A stretch of 64,000 bases of DNA, from positions 124,001-188,000 of the forward strand of contig JAUCBJ010009103.1 in NCBI GenBank assembly GCA_032718475.1, written 5' to 3'. Every line of letters starts with the position of its first letter. Position 1 is the stretch's first letter. Shown one piece after another: positions 23,581 to 37,704 of this stretch. The notes under the pieces were generated by a model, which worked only from the letters and a program-made list of their open reading frames with translations, did not search any database and was not told where the DNA came from. This DNA comes from Nemertoderma westbladi (lineage: Eukaryota > Animalia > Xenacoelomorpha). Made by a program: the position numbers and the translations under genes.

Positions 23581-24337
23581 TTAACGCTTTTTTTACTTAG
23601 TATTTAATTAAAGAACGAGATCCGCGCTTTAATGATTTTACAACTATTGAGATATCACGTAGAGGGAGACATACTGTAATAGCGCATGGAGAATACGTGG
23701 CCGGAAGCAAGATAGTATCAGACTACATTGTGAACCTATGACAGTAATCTTTCTACATGAGATCTGGAGATCTGTCATCATATGGCATATATGATATATA
23801 CTGTACAAGCAGATTCCATGTGTTATTATAAGTCCAAGACCAGACCTGTTTTTAACGATTTAGGTATACTGGTCTTGGAATCGTTAATCACAGGTCTACT
23901 CTTCAACGATGCCATTCACAGATTAAAGCGGGAAATTTGAATTCACCAAAGAGCAAACCTTTTCAGAAAATGACACCATATTACTGTTATGGGTCATACT
24001 GTATATCTTGAGATACATTAGTAAAGCTTAATTTTATATGAATTATTCATTGAAAATAAAAATATTTTTAACAATTTTATTATTTCAGATTGAGATTGGC
24101 GCTCTTGCCTGGAATGCCTGGAGACTGCAGCTAATTGACTGCATACAATCAGACAGTCGAAATCAGTCTGTCAGTACGGGCATTACAGCATTAGGCCTAC
24201 CTGTATACAGGTATATATATATATACCAAGGCCTTGATATATACAGATATATATATATATATATAAGGGTATACGGCAAACGCCCATGTCATGCTGCCAG
24301 GCGGCTGAAACTTTAGGCCACTTTGTACAATCAGACA

Positions 24338-25217
24338 ATGCCGGGTAAACTGAAAGTATACATAGCGTCGGCTCGCCACCTACCGGTAATGGACCGCGCG
24401 AGCGAGCTAACTGACGCCTTCGTCGAGGTCAAATTCAACGGAATCACCTACAAAACCGACGTCTGCAAGAAATCCTTGAACCCTGATTGGTTCACCTGGT
24501 TTAAGTTCGAGGTTGAGGACGAGGATTTACAGAATGAACCGCTACAAGTCCGCGTTATGGATCACGATACCTACAGCGCGCACGACGCAATCGGCAAACT
24601 ATACCTCGATCTAAACCCTCTACTAGTGGAGAACTCATCCGCGAACATTCTAAACGGATGGCTTCCGATCTACGACACGATGCACGGAGTCCGTGGAGAG
24701 ATTAAACTCTCCGTCGTACTCGAGTTGTTTAGCGATGCGAACCGGTTCCGGGCGTCTTCATGCGGGGTTCGTTTCTACGGCAGCGCTGCGGTACCGGCGA
24801 CCCACGGCCTCGTCGAGTTGTGCGGATTCGTTGAGGAGTTGGCGGTTTTCGACGACCCGGAGTACCAGTGGATCGACCGGGTGCGAACCCAGCGATCCAG
24901 TAACGAGGCCAGACAGCAGCTCTTCTCCAAGTTGTCTGGAGAGTTGCAGCGCACAATAGGTTTGCGAGCTATTCAACTCGGCGCGAATTCCGTTATCGGT
25001 TATCAACAGAACTTCGATCTGGAAGGGGAAACCGGTCTGGTTGTTAGAGCCATTGGGACGGCCGCGAATCTATTCAAACTTCCCGCGCATAGAGATACCG
25101 CGGACACTCTCAACATTAGTAACAATGCGGATTGCGTTTTAGAACCCTCGGAACTGCAACAAGGGCAATCGCTAGAAGATAAATCCAGGACGCATTCAGT
25201 TTGCGTTTCTTCCGTAG
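24338..25217 (+). CDS. C2CD5: C2 domain-containing protein 5 (KIAA0528/CDP138), coding exon 1
   Basis: MPGKLKV..ARHLPVMDRASELTDAFVEVKF N-terminal C2 domain and the YbjQ-like DDPEYQWID motif. Donor AG|GTAAGC at 25217/25218, phase 1. Confidence 0.9.
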
Positions 25218-25982
25218 GTAAGCTTACAGGCTTAGCTGTCAGGCTGTGGTGGTTCAATAGTAATTATGTCAGTATGTTTTCCAAAGTTAAAAGTTTTAGT
25301 AGCCCATGTCATTGGATGTCAAGTCCCCGAACCACTATAAGCCAGCGACGAATTCATTTATAAATATCATCTGTTCATGGACATGCACATTTTGTAATTA
25401 TTTGTTGTGTTATGAGTTACTGAGTTATGACTATCGTCTTTTTGATTAGCCATTTTTTAACTTTTCGGGGTGCCTTTCGGAGAAACAACCGCAAAGACAA
25501 GCCTACGAACTAGCAATTATAAAGATAGGGGGGACTTTCCATCAAAATGCATCTCTCTCCAGGGGAAAATCGACGCAAATATCAGCTGATTACACTCCTG
25601 CACTCAAAAGTAAAAGTGTAACCTGTTCTAATGACCTTAATTTATTGTTTTGGTTAGAATAACGTGTCTCTGTAACCTTCTCCTTTCCCTCAATTGAGAA
25701 TTTACCATTGAGGCGATATATTAACTCGCCGAGGTGGGATTTGCGTCAAGTCTCCCTCCTGTCTCGTCTCCAGTTATTACTGGTTTGGCTCCTGGGTTTC
25801 CTACAAACTGCTGTTAACCCTATTCTTAATAATTTATAACAACATAATATAATCAAATAAATAATATTAGATACTTTTTTTAACGTGGAGATATAGGTGG
25901 TTTTCCACTCACTTTACTGTGTGATTGAATTATTGATGTTGTTTCTCCGTTATAAATTATATAATTAATATTATGTTTTTAG

Positions 25983-27883
25983 GACTAATGAAGCCGACTC
26001 CGATGTACGGCAGTCTGCCACCCCGTCCGGACCTTTCGGACTACCCCTTCCTAACCCTGACCTCCTTCCCGGTCGGTCTGCTACTCCATCTGGGGGGAGT
26101 GGTGTCGGCGCGCTCCGTGAAACTCCTGTCCCGCATCCACAACCCGGAGGAGCCGGAAACCCGGGACGCTTGGTGGACCCAGCTGCGAGTCGAGGTGCGA
26201 GGCCACGCCGCCGCCATGGGCTGCCACGCGTTGCTGGGTTACCGCGAGTCTACGACCATCTGCGACGAACTGATAATCCTTTCGGCTACCGGAACCGCGG
26301 CGGTCATCAACACGGAGTTACTCCTGGAGACACAAGAAACCCTCGGGTGTTCGCCATCATCCCAGATCGATCGTCGTGAATCCCTTAACGATAACCCGCC
26401 TTCCTGCAACTTCTTCCACATCCCGTACGCGGAATCCCCACTCCCCTTCCCCGTAACCTTAGCTACCTGCGGTCATTGCCGCGCCGCTAAAGTCCCGGAC
26501 ATTCTCTTAGCGACTGTAGATCAACCGTCGAACAGTCCGGTCGCTAAGGTCACCATGGGTTGCGGGTTCATACAGGCGAGGGTCTCCCGCTCGTTGCGTC
26601 GCCTTCAAGGCGAGTCCAACGCGGCCCAAGTCTCCGACATTCTCCCCTTCCTCGAGTACGAGTTGCACAAACAGCTGTTGAGTAAGCTGCGAGTGCGAGG
26701 AATGAACGCGGTCTTCGGTCTGTCGACGGAACTCTCCGTCGGCGCAGTTTGCGTGCATCTAGTCGCTACGGGAACCGCGACGCGCGCCCACGCCCTTCCG
26801 ATGCCCGGGGGCCGTCCAGCCGCCATGTCCGAATGCTCCGCGTTCCCCGGAGTGATAGCCAATAGTCTCAGTTCCAATGATTCCTATCAATGCGGCTTTC
26901 AACCCGAAGCGAACCCTCTCGAATCGGGGGCCGGACAGTTGGATTTGAGTCTCGGTTGTCGGCAGTCATTCGTACTCGAGGTCAACGATATGGAGCCCAC
27001 GGGGGAGTCATTGCTCTGCGATGTGGCCCCGCCCTCTGGGGTCTACGCATCCACGATGCAAGGTCTCCCAGGACTCACTCTGGGTCCCTTATCCACCGAT
27101 ATGATATGCACCGTGTGCTCAACTGTTAACTCTAAAGTCGATATCGATATGGTCTACGATTCCATGATGCAATCACTTTACCTCAAACTAACTACCAATA
27201 AATCGAACAGCTCTCTACTCATCCACGGTATCAACTTCCGCACTTTGTTTGTAGATGACGACGAGATTCAGATTAATCTGATAACGTCTGTCTCCGAGGC
27301 GGTTGAGACTGTGTTTGAGGCTGATGGATCCATCCTAGAAGATTCAACCGCTGTTGTACAAGACAAGAAGATGACGAATGGTGCTGTTAGTCTAGACGAA
27401 GTCATCTCAGATAATTTTTTACGTAATCCTTCAGACTTATCTACAGATGATTGTATTTTCCAATTAGAGGGTTTTGAAGATGATCCTTTAACTATCTCCG
27501 CACTCAAACATAATTTCCAACCGTCTACCTTACCCAATGTCGTAGTAACTCCCTTATACATAATACCCATGGCTACTATTGTGCACTATCTTGGCTATAT
27601 TAACTTATTTGTTATTCGCGAGACCACAAATATTAGGGAGTGCGGCGGTCTAATAGGATTGGCGCACTCTTTCGTAAACGAGGCTCTTTCTCTCGCCCGG
27701 GCCCAGGTCCAAGCGTTAGGGGGCAACGCCTTGATATCGTTTCGAATTCACGAGATTAATATTACAGACTCGATGGGTAAAAATCAGGGACAATGTTTGC
27801 TTAATCTTAGCGGAGACGCAGTCTTGTATACACATTTAGAAAGACCTAGAAGTGTAACAACGTATAGTAATAGTTACGAATAG
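25983..27883 (+). CDS. C2CD5: C2 domain-containing protein 5, coding exon 2 (spliced product about 926 aa)
   Basis: Acceptor TTTTTAG|GA at 25982/25983 restores the frame (880+1901=2781 nt). Conserved GGVVSARSVKLL..PEEPETRDAWW and C-terminal LGGNAL..KNQGQCLLNLSGDAV. Confidence 0.9.
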
Positions 27884-28428
27884 TTAATAATAAAATAATT
27901 TGTATAAAAATTCCTGTAGCTAACAGGATAAACCATTTCCAGTATTATTATATTCCTTTTGAAATGAATATATTCTTGTCCCAGTTACTGGGAGAATCAT
28001 TTAAAAGTTAAAGGCGGGACAGAAACTCATGTCTAAGGTAATGTGATAAAAAAGTTATGTAATTAAAATATCAGCTCTGTCTGAACAATATTTTGATTTT
28101 ATGTATTTTTGGCGCCAATATTTATAAATTCAAACCTTGCAGTTAGCAACATTTAGGCTAAAATTTGTACATCATTATTGATTTTGTGTAAAAATCGAAA
28201 CGTTTAATTAATAGAACTTATGCATATAATTGCATTGCTTTTACTTTTCTGTATTAATATAAAGTTAAAGATTATCGCGCTTGCTGTTACTTTAATTCTC
28301 TCATTGCGTTTCCCTAAATCAATTCCACTCTAGTGTTTCTACTTTTCGCGAAATGAGGACCTGATAATTTGGAAATGTGACCAAGATTTGTGACATGGAA
28401 CACAAAATTGAAATTCGAGTGTCTATTC

Positions 28429-31400
28429 TAACAAAAGTGTGAAATATTATGTAACAAAAGTGTGAAATATTATGTAACAAAAGTGTGAAATATTATGTAA
28501 CAAAAGTGTGAAATATTATGTAACAAAAGTGTGAAATATTATGTAACAAAAGTGTGAAATATTATGTAACAAAAGTGTGAAATATTATGTAACAAAAGTG
28601 TGAAATATTATGTAACAAAAGTGTGAATTATTATGTAGCAAAAGTGTGAAATATGTAGCAAAAGTGTGAAATATTATGTAACAAATGTGTGAAATATTAT
28701 GTAACACAAAGTGTGAAATATTATGTAACAAAAGTGTGAAATATTATGTAACAAAAGTGTGAAATATTATGTAACAAAAGTGTGGAATATTATGTAACAA
28801 AAGTGTGAAATATTATGTAACAAAAGTGTGAAATATTATGTAACAAAAGTGTGAAATATTATGTAACAAAAGTGTGAAATATTATGTAACAAGTGTGTGA
28901 AATATTATGTAACAAAAGTTTGAAATATTATGTAACAAAAGTGTGGAATATTATGTAACAAAAGTGTGAAATATTATGTAACAAAAGTGTGAATTATTAT
29001 GTAGCAAAAGTGTGAAATATGTAGCAAAAGTGTGAAATATTATGTAACAAATGTGTGAAATATTATGTAACATAAAGTGTGAAATATTATGTAACAAAAG
29101 TGTGAAATATTATGTAACAAAAGTGTGAAATATTATGTAACAAAAGTGTGAAATATTATGTAACAAAGTGTGAAATATTATGTAACAAATGTGTGAAATA
29201 TTATGTAACAAAAGTGTGAAATATTATGTAACAAAAGTGTGAAATATTATGTAACAAATGTGTGAAATATTATGTAACACAAAGTGTGAAATATTATGTA
29301 ACAAAAGTGTGAAATATTATGTAACAAAAGTGTGAAATATTATTTAACAAAAGTGTGAAATATTATGTAACAAATGTGTGAAATATTATGTAACAAAAGT
29401 TTGAAATATTATGTAACAAAAGTGTGGAATATTATGTAACAAAAGTGTGAAATATTATGTAACAAAAGTGTGAATTATTATGTAACAAAAGTGTGAAATA
29501 TTATGTAACAAATGTGTGAAATATTATGTAACAAAAGTTTGAAATATTATGTAACAAAAGTGTGGAATATTATGTAACAAAAGTGTGAAATATTATGTAA
29601 CAAAAGTGTGAATTATTATGTAGCAAAAGTGTGAAATATGTAGCAAAAGTGTGAAATATTATGTAACAAATGTGTGAAATATTATGTAACATAAAGTGTG
29701 AAATATTATGTAACAAAAGTGTGAAATATTATGTAACAAAAGTGTGAAATATTATGTAACAAAAGTGTGAAATATTATGTAACAAAGTGTGAAATATTAT
29801 GTAACAAATGTGTGAAATATTATGTAACAAAAGTGTGAAATATTATGTAACAAAAGTGTGAAATATTATGTAACAAAAGTGTGAAATATTATGTAACAAA
29901 TGTGTGAAATATTATGTAACAAAAGTTTGAAATATTATGTAACAAAAGTGTGGAATATTATGTAACAAAAGTGTGAAATATTATGTAACAAAAGTGTGAA
30001 TTATTATGTAGCAAAAGTGTGAAATATGTAGCAAAAGTGTGAAATATTATGTAACAAATGTGTGAAATATTATGTAACATAAAGTGTGAAATATTATGTA
30101 ACAAAAGTGTGAAATATTATGTAACAAAAGTGTGAAATATTATGTAACAAAAGTGTGAAATATTATGTAACAAAGTGTGAAATATTATGTAACAAATGTG
30201 TGAAATATTATGTAACAAAAGTGTGAAATATTATGTAACAAAAGTGTGAAATATTATGTAACAAATGTGTGAAATATTATGTAACACAAAGTGTGAAATA
30301 TTATGTAACAAAAGTGTGAAATATTATGTAACAAAAGTGTGAAATATTATTTAACAAAAGTGTGAAATATTATGTAACAAATGTGTGAAATATTATGTAA
30401 CAAAAGTTTGAAATATTATGTAACAAAAGTGTGGAATATTATGTAACAAAAGTGTGAAATATTATGTAACAAAAGTGTGAATTATTATGTAGCAAAAGTG
30501 TGAAATATGTAGCAAAAGTGTGAAATATTATGTAACAAATGTGTGAAATATTATGTAACACAAAGTGTGAAATATTATGTAGCAAAAGTGTGAAATATTA
30601 TGTAGCACAAATGTGAAATATTATGTAACAAAAGTGTAAAATATTATGTAACAAAAGTGTAAAATATTATGTAACAAAAGTGTGAAATATTATGTAACAA
30701 AAGTGTGAAATATTATGTAACAAAAGTGTGAAATATTATGTAACAAAAGTGTGAAATATTATGTAACAAAAGTGTGAAATATTATGTAACAAAAGTGTGA
30801 AATATTATGTAACAAAAGTGTGAAATATTATGTAACAAAAGTGTGAAATATTATGTAACAAAAGTGTGAAATATTATGTAACAAAAGTGTGAAATATTAT
30901 GTAACAAAAGTGTGAAATATTATGTAACAAAAGTGTGAAATATTATGTAACAAAAGTGTAAAATATTATGTAACAAAAGTGTGAAATATTATGTATCAAA
31001 AGTGTGAAATATTATGTAACAAAAGTGTGAAATATTATGTAACAAAAGTGTGAAATATTATGTAACAAAAGTGTGAAATATTATGTAACAAAAGTGTGAA
31101 ATATTATGTAACAAAAGTGTGAAATATTATGTAACAAAAGTGTGAAATATTATGTAACAAAAGTGTGAAATATTATGTAACAAAAGTGTGAAATATTATG
31201 TAACAAAAGTGTGAATTATTATGTAACAAAAGTGTAAAATATTATGTAACAAAAGTGTGAAATATTATGTAACAAAAGTGTGAAATATTATGTAACAAAA
31301 GTGTGAAATATTATGTAACAAAAGTGTGAAATATGTAACAAAAGTGTGAAATATTATGTAACAAAAGTGTGAAATATTATGTAACAAAAGTGTGAAATAT

Positions 31401-32093
31401 TATGTAACAAAAGTATGAAATATTATGTAACAAATGTGCGAAATATTATGTAACAAAAGTGTGAAATATTATGTAACAAAAGTGTGAAATATTATGTAAC
31501 AAAAGTGTGAAATATTATGTAACAAAAGTGTGAAATATTATGTATCAAAAGTGTGAAATATTATGTAACAAAAGTGTGAAATATTATGTAACAAAAGTGT
31601 GAAATATTATGTAACAAAAGTGTGAAATATTATGTAACAAAAGTGTGAAATATTATGTAACAAAAGTGTGAAATATTATGTAACAAAAGTGTGAAATATT
31701 ATGTAACAAAAGTGTGAAATATTATGTAACAAAAGTGTGAAATATTATGTAACAAAAGTGTGAAATATTATGTAACAAAAGTGTGAAATATTATGTATCA
31801 AAAGTGTGAAATATTATGTAACAAAAGTGTGAAATATTATGTAACAAAAGTGAGAAATATTATGTAACAAAAGTGTGAAATATTATGTAACAAAGTGTGA
31901 AATATTATGTAACAAAAGTGTGAAATATTATGTAACAAAAGTGTGAAATATTATGTAACAAAAGTGTGAAATATTATGTAACAAAAGTGTGAAATATTAT
32001 GTAACAAAAGTGAGAAATATTATGTAACAAAAGTGTGAAATATTATGTAACAAAAGTGTGAAATATTATGTAACAAAAGTGTGAAATATTATG
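28429..32093. repeat. 23-bp minisatellite (AACAAAAGTGTGAAATATTATGT)n, about 160 copies
   Basis: Direct reading. Variant blocks recur in the left half. Confidence 0.97.
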
Positions 32094-32555
32094 GAAGGGT
32101 CCAAAATGGGAGAATAAGTTGATTTCGGATTTACTACAATAATACTGGAATTCTGCGCATTTATTTATATTTTATAACAAAAAAATAATTATTTCAAGCT
32201 CGACTATAACGCGCAGCCCGAGTACAACAATAACAAACTTAAGTTAAAGGTAAAATACTAACAACAGCACATAACGGACGGGAGAGAAATAATAAACAAC
32301 CCCTCGACTCGTAAATTACTTGCATTAAACGAGAAAACTGCAATATCTGACCGGGTGCACAAATTTAAACACAAAAACAATAATCTAAACTATATGATAC
32401 ATGACCTAAATAATAGTTTGAGGACTCGATAAATTAATCTGTTTAGAGTTCCAGCAACACTATTTATAATTTATTATTTGTGTTTGTTTTGGGCGAATGA
32501 GTGGTTTCATATTATTATAACTTTTTGTTGGGCACAGCTTTGCAAAGTCGGCAAT

Positions 32556-32628
32556 GACATCCAGGTGGGATCAAACTGGTGACCTCCGGGTTTGAAGTCT
32601 GACGCTCTAACCATTCAGCTAGCGGCTC
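32556..32628 (-). other. tRNA-derived SINE head or tRNA pseudogene
   Basis: Reverse strand reads GAGCCGCTAGCTGAATGGTTAGAGCGTCAGACTTCAAACCCGGAGGTCACCAGTTTGATCCC, with A-box and degenerate B-box. Stems are mismatched. Confidence 0.55.
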
Positions 32629-33118
32629 AGGTAAAAGATAGACATGGAAATACTACGTGTTACCTTGTATGTCCGCAATTTACGTCGTCATGGGCTCCCA
32701 TCTGTCAATAGTCATCATAGTAACAATGTGTTGGCAAGCTGTATGTGAGCTGTATATGAGTATATGGTAAGCTGTATATGAGACCAAGTACGGTCGAAAC
32801 GCGTACGTGGTTTGGAGAGATATGAGATATTAATTTCAAGAAAAATTACGCGATTCCTAAATTTGTACACAACCCGGTTAAAAAGTACGCATGTGATGGG
32901 ATTAGTCGTACAATTGCGCCAATAAAAGGTAAGTTATTTTCGGTAAAAAAATAAGCTTATCATTCGAGGTTAAGACCCCTAGATCCCTTCCTATAATAAA
33001 TATATAATACCATCATAAGCTGCCACTGGGGCTCAACCAAGGTCGCCTTGGGCTCAACCCTACAGTAGTAGTACCTGGCCGTTTTTAACCACTCGCTACA
33101 ACGAAAGGGTAGTGTACA

Positions 33119-33574
33119 TTAACCATACACTCTAGTAACCATACACATTAATACTAAGGTATGGCTATTAATTGATCTTGTGCGGTTATGCTTCCCACCG
33201 TAAAACATGTTTTGCGTTATAAAACAAATAAATATATTGGAATGATGAGCAACCTTAGTAAACAATACAGTTAAGGCTGTACTAGACTCAGTTTCTGTTA
33301 ATAAATCATCTATAATTAATAAATCTCGGCTATTTACTAAACTATCTATATTTTCAGGCAAACCTTTGTAAAGGTGAGTAATACCAGGAATAGTCGGGGG
33401 ATTGCTACTGTAACAATACAATACTCGCAAGGGGGCTTCGTTGAAACAACCATTCTTGTGTTTAATTAAATTGCCAACAAATGTAGACTTTCCGGAACCA
33501 GACGGGCCAGAAATTATCATACTCGTTCCCATTTGAAAGTTTAAATTATATGGACCTGAATTAAAGTCAGCCAT
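33119..33574 (-). pseudogene. Polinton/Maverick-type DNA-packaging ATPase (A32/FtsK-HerA family), 3'-truncated
   Basis: Walker A GPSGSGKST, Walker B LLIIDD, HHSNIFICFITQN and RTRSINSH match the family pattern. The usual C-terminal part is missing. Confidence 0.75.
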
Positions 33575-34899
33575 TTATTATTATTATTATTATTAAGATA
33601 TATCAACAATACAATACAATACAATACAATATAACATAAAGAACCATCATCACCATTACTATGTATATAACAATAATTGATGCAACTACAATATTAGCAG
33701 TACTGTATATTTAATAAACACGTGTCGCAACTGTCACCCAACTATAGGCGCTATTTCCGATTGTTGTTGTTGCTGTTATTGTTGTTGTTGTTGTTGTTGT
33801 TGATGTTGTATAGACTTAATCAATGTAATTCAATGAGCATTAGCACCTTTATACACGAGATAATGATAGGTAACATCAGCAGCATGGAAATGACTTCCCT
33901 GGAATTTTGCACCGATGATTTTTCTATCTTCGCAGTTGAAAAAATAAGGAACATAGTAGCAACACCGTCGTACTACATTTCTATAAAAAATATTCTCCAA
34001 TATTGTAAATAAATCTCCAGGATCATTACTTTCCGCAGAAATATAAGTTATATTTCGTAGCTCTTTCCAATAATTATACACTCTAGCTATTCATTTAGGT
34101 AGGACAGTGGCAGCATATGATGATATTGAATTGAAAATGAATTGGGGTCAATAAGACAGGCTACAGTTCCCATTGAGAGTGTTTAATTAATTGATTAACT
34201 CAAGACCCCCCCCACTCCCATATCTATAAATAATATGTGGAACATTATTTTGGTGTGTAACAGGAACCGATTTATTTAGCTCTTTTGAACAATTTATTTA
34301 TTAGGAATATAAATTCATCCTTTAACACATGATTCCCACTCTCTGTTACCATGGCTAATATTTTATCGTAGGCCGAAGATTCGAACCGCGAGAATTCTTC
34401 GTCTAGTTGGAGTTCCCGGTAAACTTCTTTGATTAGAGTCACTTTCATAGGGTCTGGAATTCCGTAGTTACGCGCCAATACCTCTAACTGATGGTGATTG
34501 GCCAATTCAACAGCCTTAACAACCAACCACGAACATTTATTGCACTCAATGTCCGTGCCAATCTTACCTGTGACGTCAGGGTCTCCATAGCAATCGAGAT
34601 AGTCGTCCTGCAACTGGATAGTAGTTATGGGTTGTAAATAAATATCATTGTGTCTATGTCTTTAGGATAGTAAAGGCTGGAAGGATTCTTAAAACATAAA
34701 CCAACAAATATAGAATCCAAAAACGACGCAGAGCTATTCTTAACAAACTAAGCAAGCAAATTGCGAGTTTCAAACTAATTTATAAACCACATATAGTCAT
34801 GGGGTAGTGGAAGACTCGGAAGAGCTATCATTATTAATTGTACCAAAGTTAAATTTACAACAGGTTCATCAAGGTCCTTATGGTCCTAATTTAACCTCA

Positions 34900-35130
34900 A
34901 TGCTACGCCGGTCCCCGCCAAGCTTGAGACTTGAACAAAGCCGCTTCAGCTTCGCAGGACATTGCTTTCGCCGTGAGTACCAGCCTCTGCGGCATATTCA
35001 TGGAGAAAGAAAGCGATAGACAGCCCTTGACTTTCTTGGGACGCCTCTTACAGCTAAAAGGCATCGGATTTGAAGATTCGGATAATCTCGCGAAAGTCAT
35101 GGATCGTGATTGGAGAGCATTTTTATTAAA
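34900..35130 (+). mobile_element. RTE-like LINE 3' fragment inside the FDPS intron
   Basis: LRLEQSRFSFAGHCFRREYQP, same family as the other RTE pieces. Confidence 0.75.
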
Positions 35131-35621
35131 ATTTGATAGACCCACCTGGAAGAATCCTCCGATCTCTAGAAGAATCTCTTTAGCAGAAGAATGAACATCC
35201 AATGAATGTATCGAGTTGAGATGCATACCAAGTACTACTGGTAAATAACAGGAATAATACGAAGTCTTGTTGACAACTATAGATAAATATTTTTCCATAT
35301 TGAAGTTATTTGAAGGCGGTTCGCCTTTTCTAGAGTAAGCCATATCTAGTGTCTGTCCGATTACCGTCAGCAGTGAGCAGTTCAACAACTCGTCGAGAAT
35401 AATAATAATAATATTAACAAAGCGTCATTGACGGCACAGTCTCTGTTGTTATCGCGTTTATACCAACATGGCTTACCTCGTCGGGTAATAGAGTGGTCTA
35501 TTATATCATCGAATACTATTGCATAGGCCTGTAGCATCTCAACGCACCAACATGAGAGTAAAAACCCAAGCGATCATTTTGTGAACATCCAATGATATTG
35601 CCTGTTTTATAAATGCTTTAA

Positions 35622-37704
35622 CCCTTTGCTGCGCAGTGTTGTTCCGGAACAACATTCCTATTATTGGCTCTCCTAATCTCAGAATGGTAATATGTGATAT
35701 CTGATTGGTTGATATGGGTTGTCAACATGTTTCTTGTACCTGAGGATCAGTTTCGTTTGCTTTCAAGAGGGAAATTTGAACATTGGCTTACATATTGTGA
35801 GCATATGCTTCAATAAGCGGTAATTGAAAAAACATGTGCATTCATAATGTTAAAAAATGCAATTCCCTTTAATTTTTCCGTTCCAAAAAAATTGAGTAGA
35901 TAGGAAAACATGTCTAAGATGATTTTCGAATGCTCCAATAGATTGTTAATAGATTTTAACCAAGTTAGTAGTGTTTTAAAGATTGTTGTCCCACAACAAC
36001 ATTGCCCATTTAAGAAAGCTAAAATTACACTGTTATTAGTTTTTATTTCTCAGTTATTTAGGTGGTGTCTCATAACTCATCTGGTGTCTCATCTAATATT
36101 TATTATTATTACCTATTCAGATTTTTATGCTTGCGAATTAATTGTTCGGTAACTTAAACGAAACCTTAAGGTTCGATTATTTATGGCAGCAGTAGTACCA
36201 GTACTCTTATATGGGAGTCCATGCTGGGCTATAACTGCAGAGGATACCAAATCTCTGGGTGGCACTTTCACAAGAATTTTGCGCTGAGTTCACTCTGTCA
36301 AGTACAAGGAACACATCTTCAACCAAACTCTATATAGCATTGGAGGTTTTCCAGTAATCTTCACTAGCTTGACACTTGAACGGAACCGCCTCCGCTTTGC
36401 AGGACATTGCTTTCGCCGTGAGGACCAGCCAGTGCATAACCTTGTGCTTTGACGCTCTCATGGAGCGAATAAGCATGGTGTACAGCCCATGACTTTCTTG
36501 AGACGCATCTTAAAGGACACTGACCTTGAAGATGCGGATGATCTAGCAAATGTCATGGCTCATGGGTTGTTGCAGCGCAATTTTATCGACAAGCCGGCAC
36601 AGCATTCTTAATATATATGTAATAAATATATAATGCAGCTGTAATGCAGCATGCCGATCGTAGTAGTAGTAGTTCACTATGTCAAGTACAATGCACACCT
36701 CTCCAACCAGACACTATATAACATTGGAGGTGTGTCTCATTGGTTCCCCCAAGCTTGACACTAAAATAAAGCCGCCTCCGCTTTGTAGGACATTGCTTTT
36801 GCCGTGAGGACCAGCCAGTGCATAATCTTTTGCTTTGGAGGCCTCATGGAGTGAATACGCATAGTGGACAGCCCATGACTTTTTTGAGACGCATCTTGAA
36901 CGACACTGGCTTTAAAATACGGATGATCTAGCCAAAATGTCATGGGTGATTGGCAGTTGTGGCGGCGAAATTTTGTCGACAATCCGGCACAGCATTCTTA
37001 ATATATATGTAATATATATATAATGCAGCTGCAATGCAGCATGCTGACCGTAGTAGTAGTAGTTCACTGTGTCAAGTACAATGCAGACATCTCCAACTAG
37101 ATACTATAAAACATTGGAGGTGCCTCTCATTGGTTCCCCCCAAGCTTGACACTACTGTAGAACAAAGCCGCCTCCGCTTTGCAGGACATTGCTTTCGCCG
37201 CGAGGACCAGCCAGTGCATAATCTTATGATTTGGCAGCCTCCTGGAGTGTATAAGAATGGTGGACAGCCCATGACTTTCTTGAGACGCATCTTGAAGGAC
37301 ACTGGCTTTGAAGATGCGGATGATCTAGCAAATGTCATGGGTTATAGGGAGTTATGGCGGCGAAATTTTGTCGACAAGCCGGCAAAGTTTTCTTAAAAAT
37401 GCAGCTCCAATGCAGCATGCCGATCCTTGGAGTAGTAGTTCGGTACCAGAACAAAGAGAAGGTGTATTCAATTGTCATACCAGATAGTAATGACAGTGGG
37501 AAAGATGAATCTGATTCTATTTTACCAAATATTATTGCTACCTTTAATGCTCATTGTTGTTCCTGAACAACATTCATTAAAAATATTCAAAAAATAAAAA
37601 ATAAATTTTTTTTGGCATTAATGTGTTCTTTTAGACTGTTTTCAGTTTATCTAACCTAAAAAAAAATTTTTTAAACCAGTAAAAATAATTCGAGCAGCAA
37701 AGGG
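35622..37704. mobile_element. piggyBac-like non-autonomous element nested in the left TIR of the Mutator-like element
   Basis: TTAA on both sides (35618-35621 and 37705-37708). Perfect 11-bp TIR CCCTTTGCTGC/GCAGCAAAGGG. Confidence 0.88.
36157..37440 (+). mobile_element. Three tandem RTE-like LINE 3' ends
   Basis: Three diverged units of about 400-500 bp, each encoding RLRFAGHCF..EDQPVHNL and ending in GTAGTAGT. Confidence 0.85.

Noticed and set aside
25218-25363. C-terminal extension of the 346-aa ORF (24323-25363)
   Set aside because: Read-through into the intron past the GTAAGC donor. C2CD5 similarity resumes in exon 2.
32556-32628. Possible tRNA with TCA anticodon (selenocysteine or opal suppressor)
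   Set aside because: Acceptor, anticodon and T stems are largely unpaired and there is no long variable arm. It is better explained as a SINE head.
33064-33072. AGTAGTAGT as a Maverick terminus
   Set aside because: No matching inverted terminus or 6-bp TSD was found, and the same triplet repeat is the tail of the abundant RTE family here.
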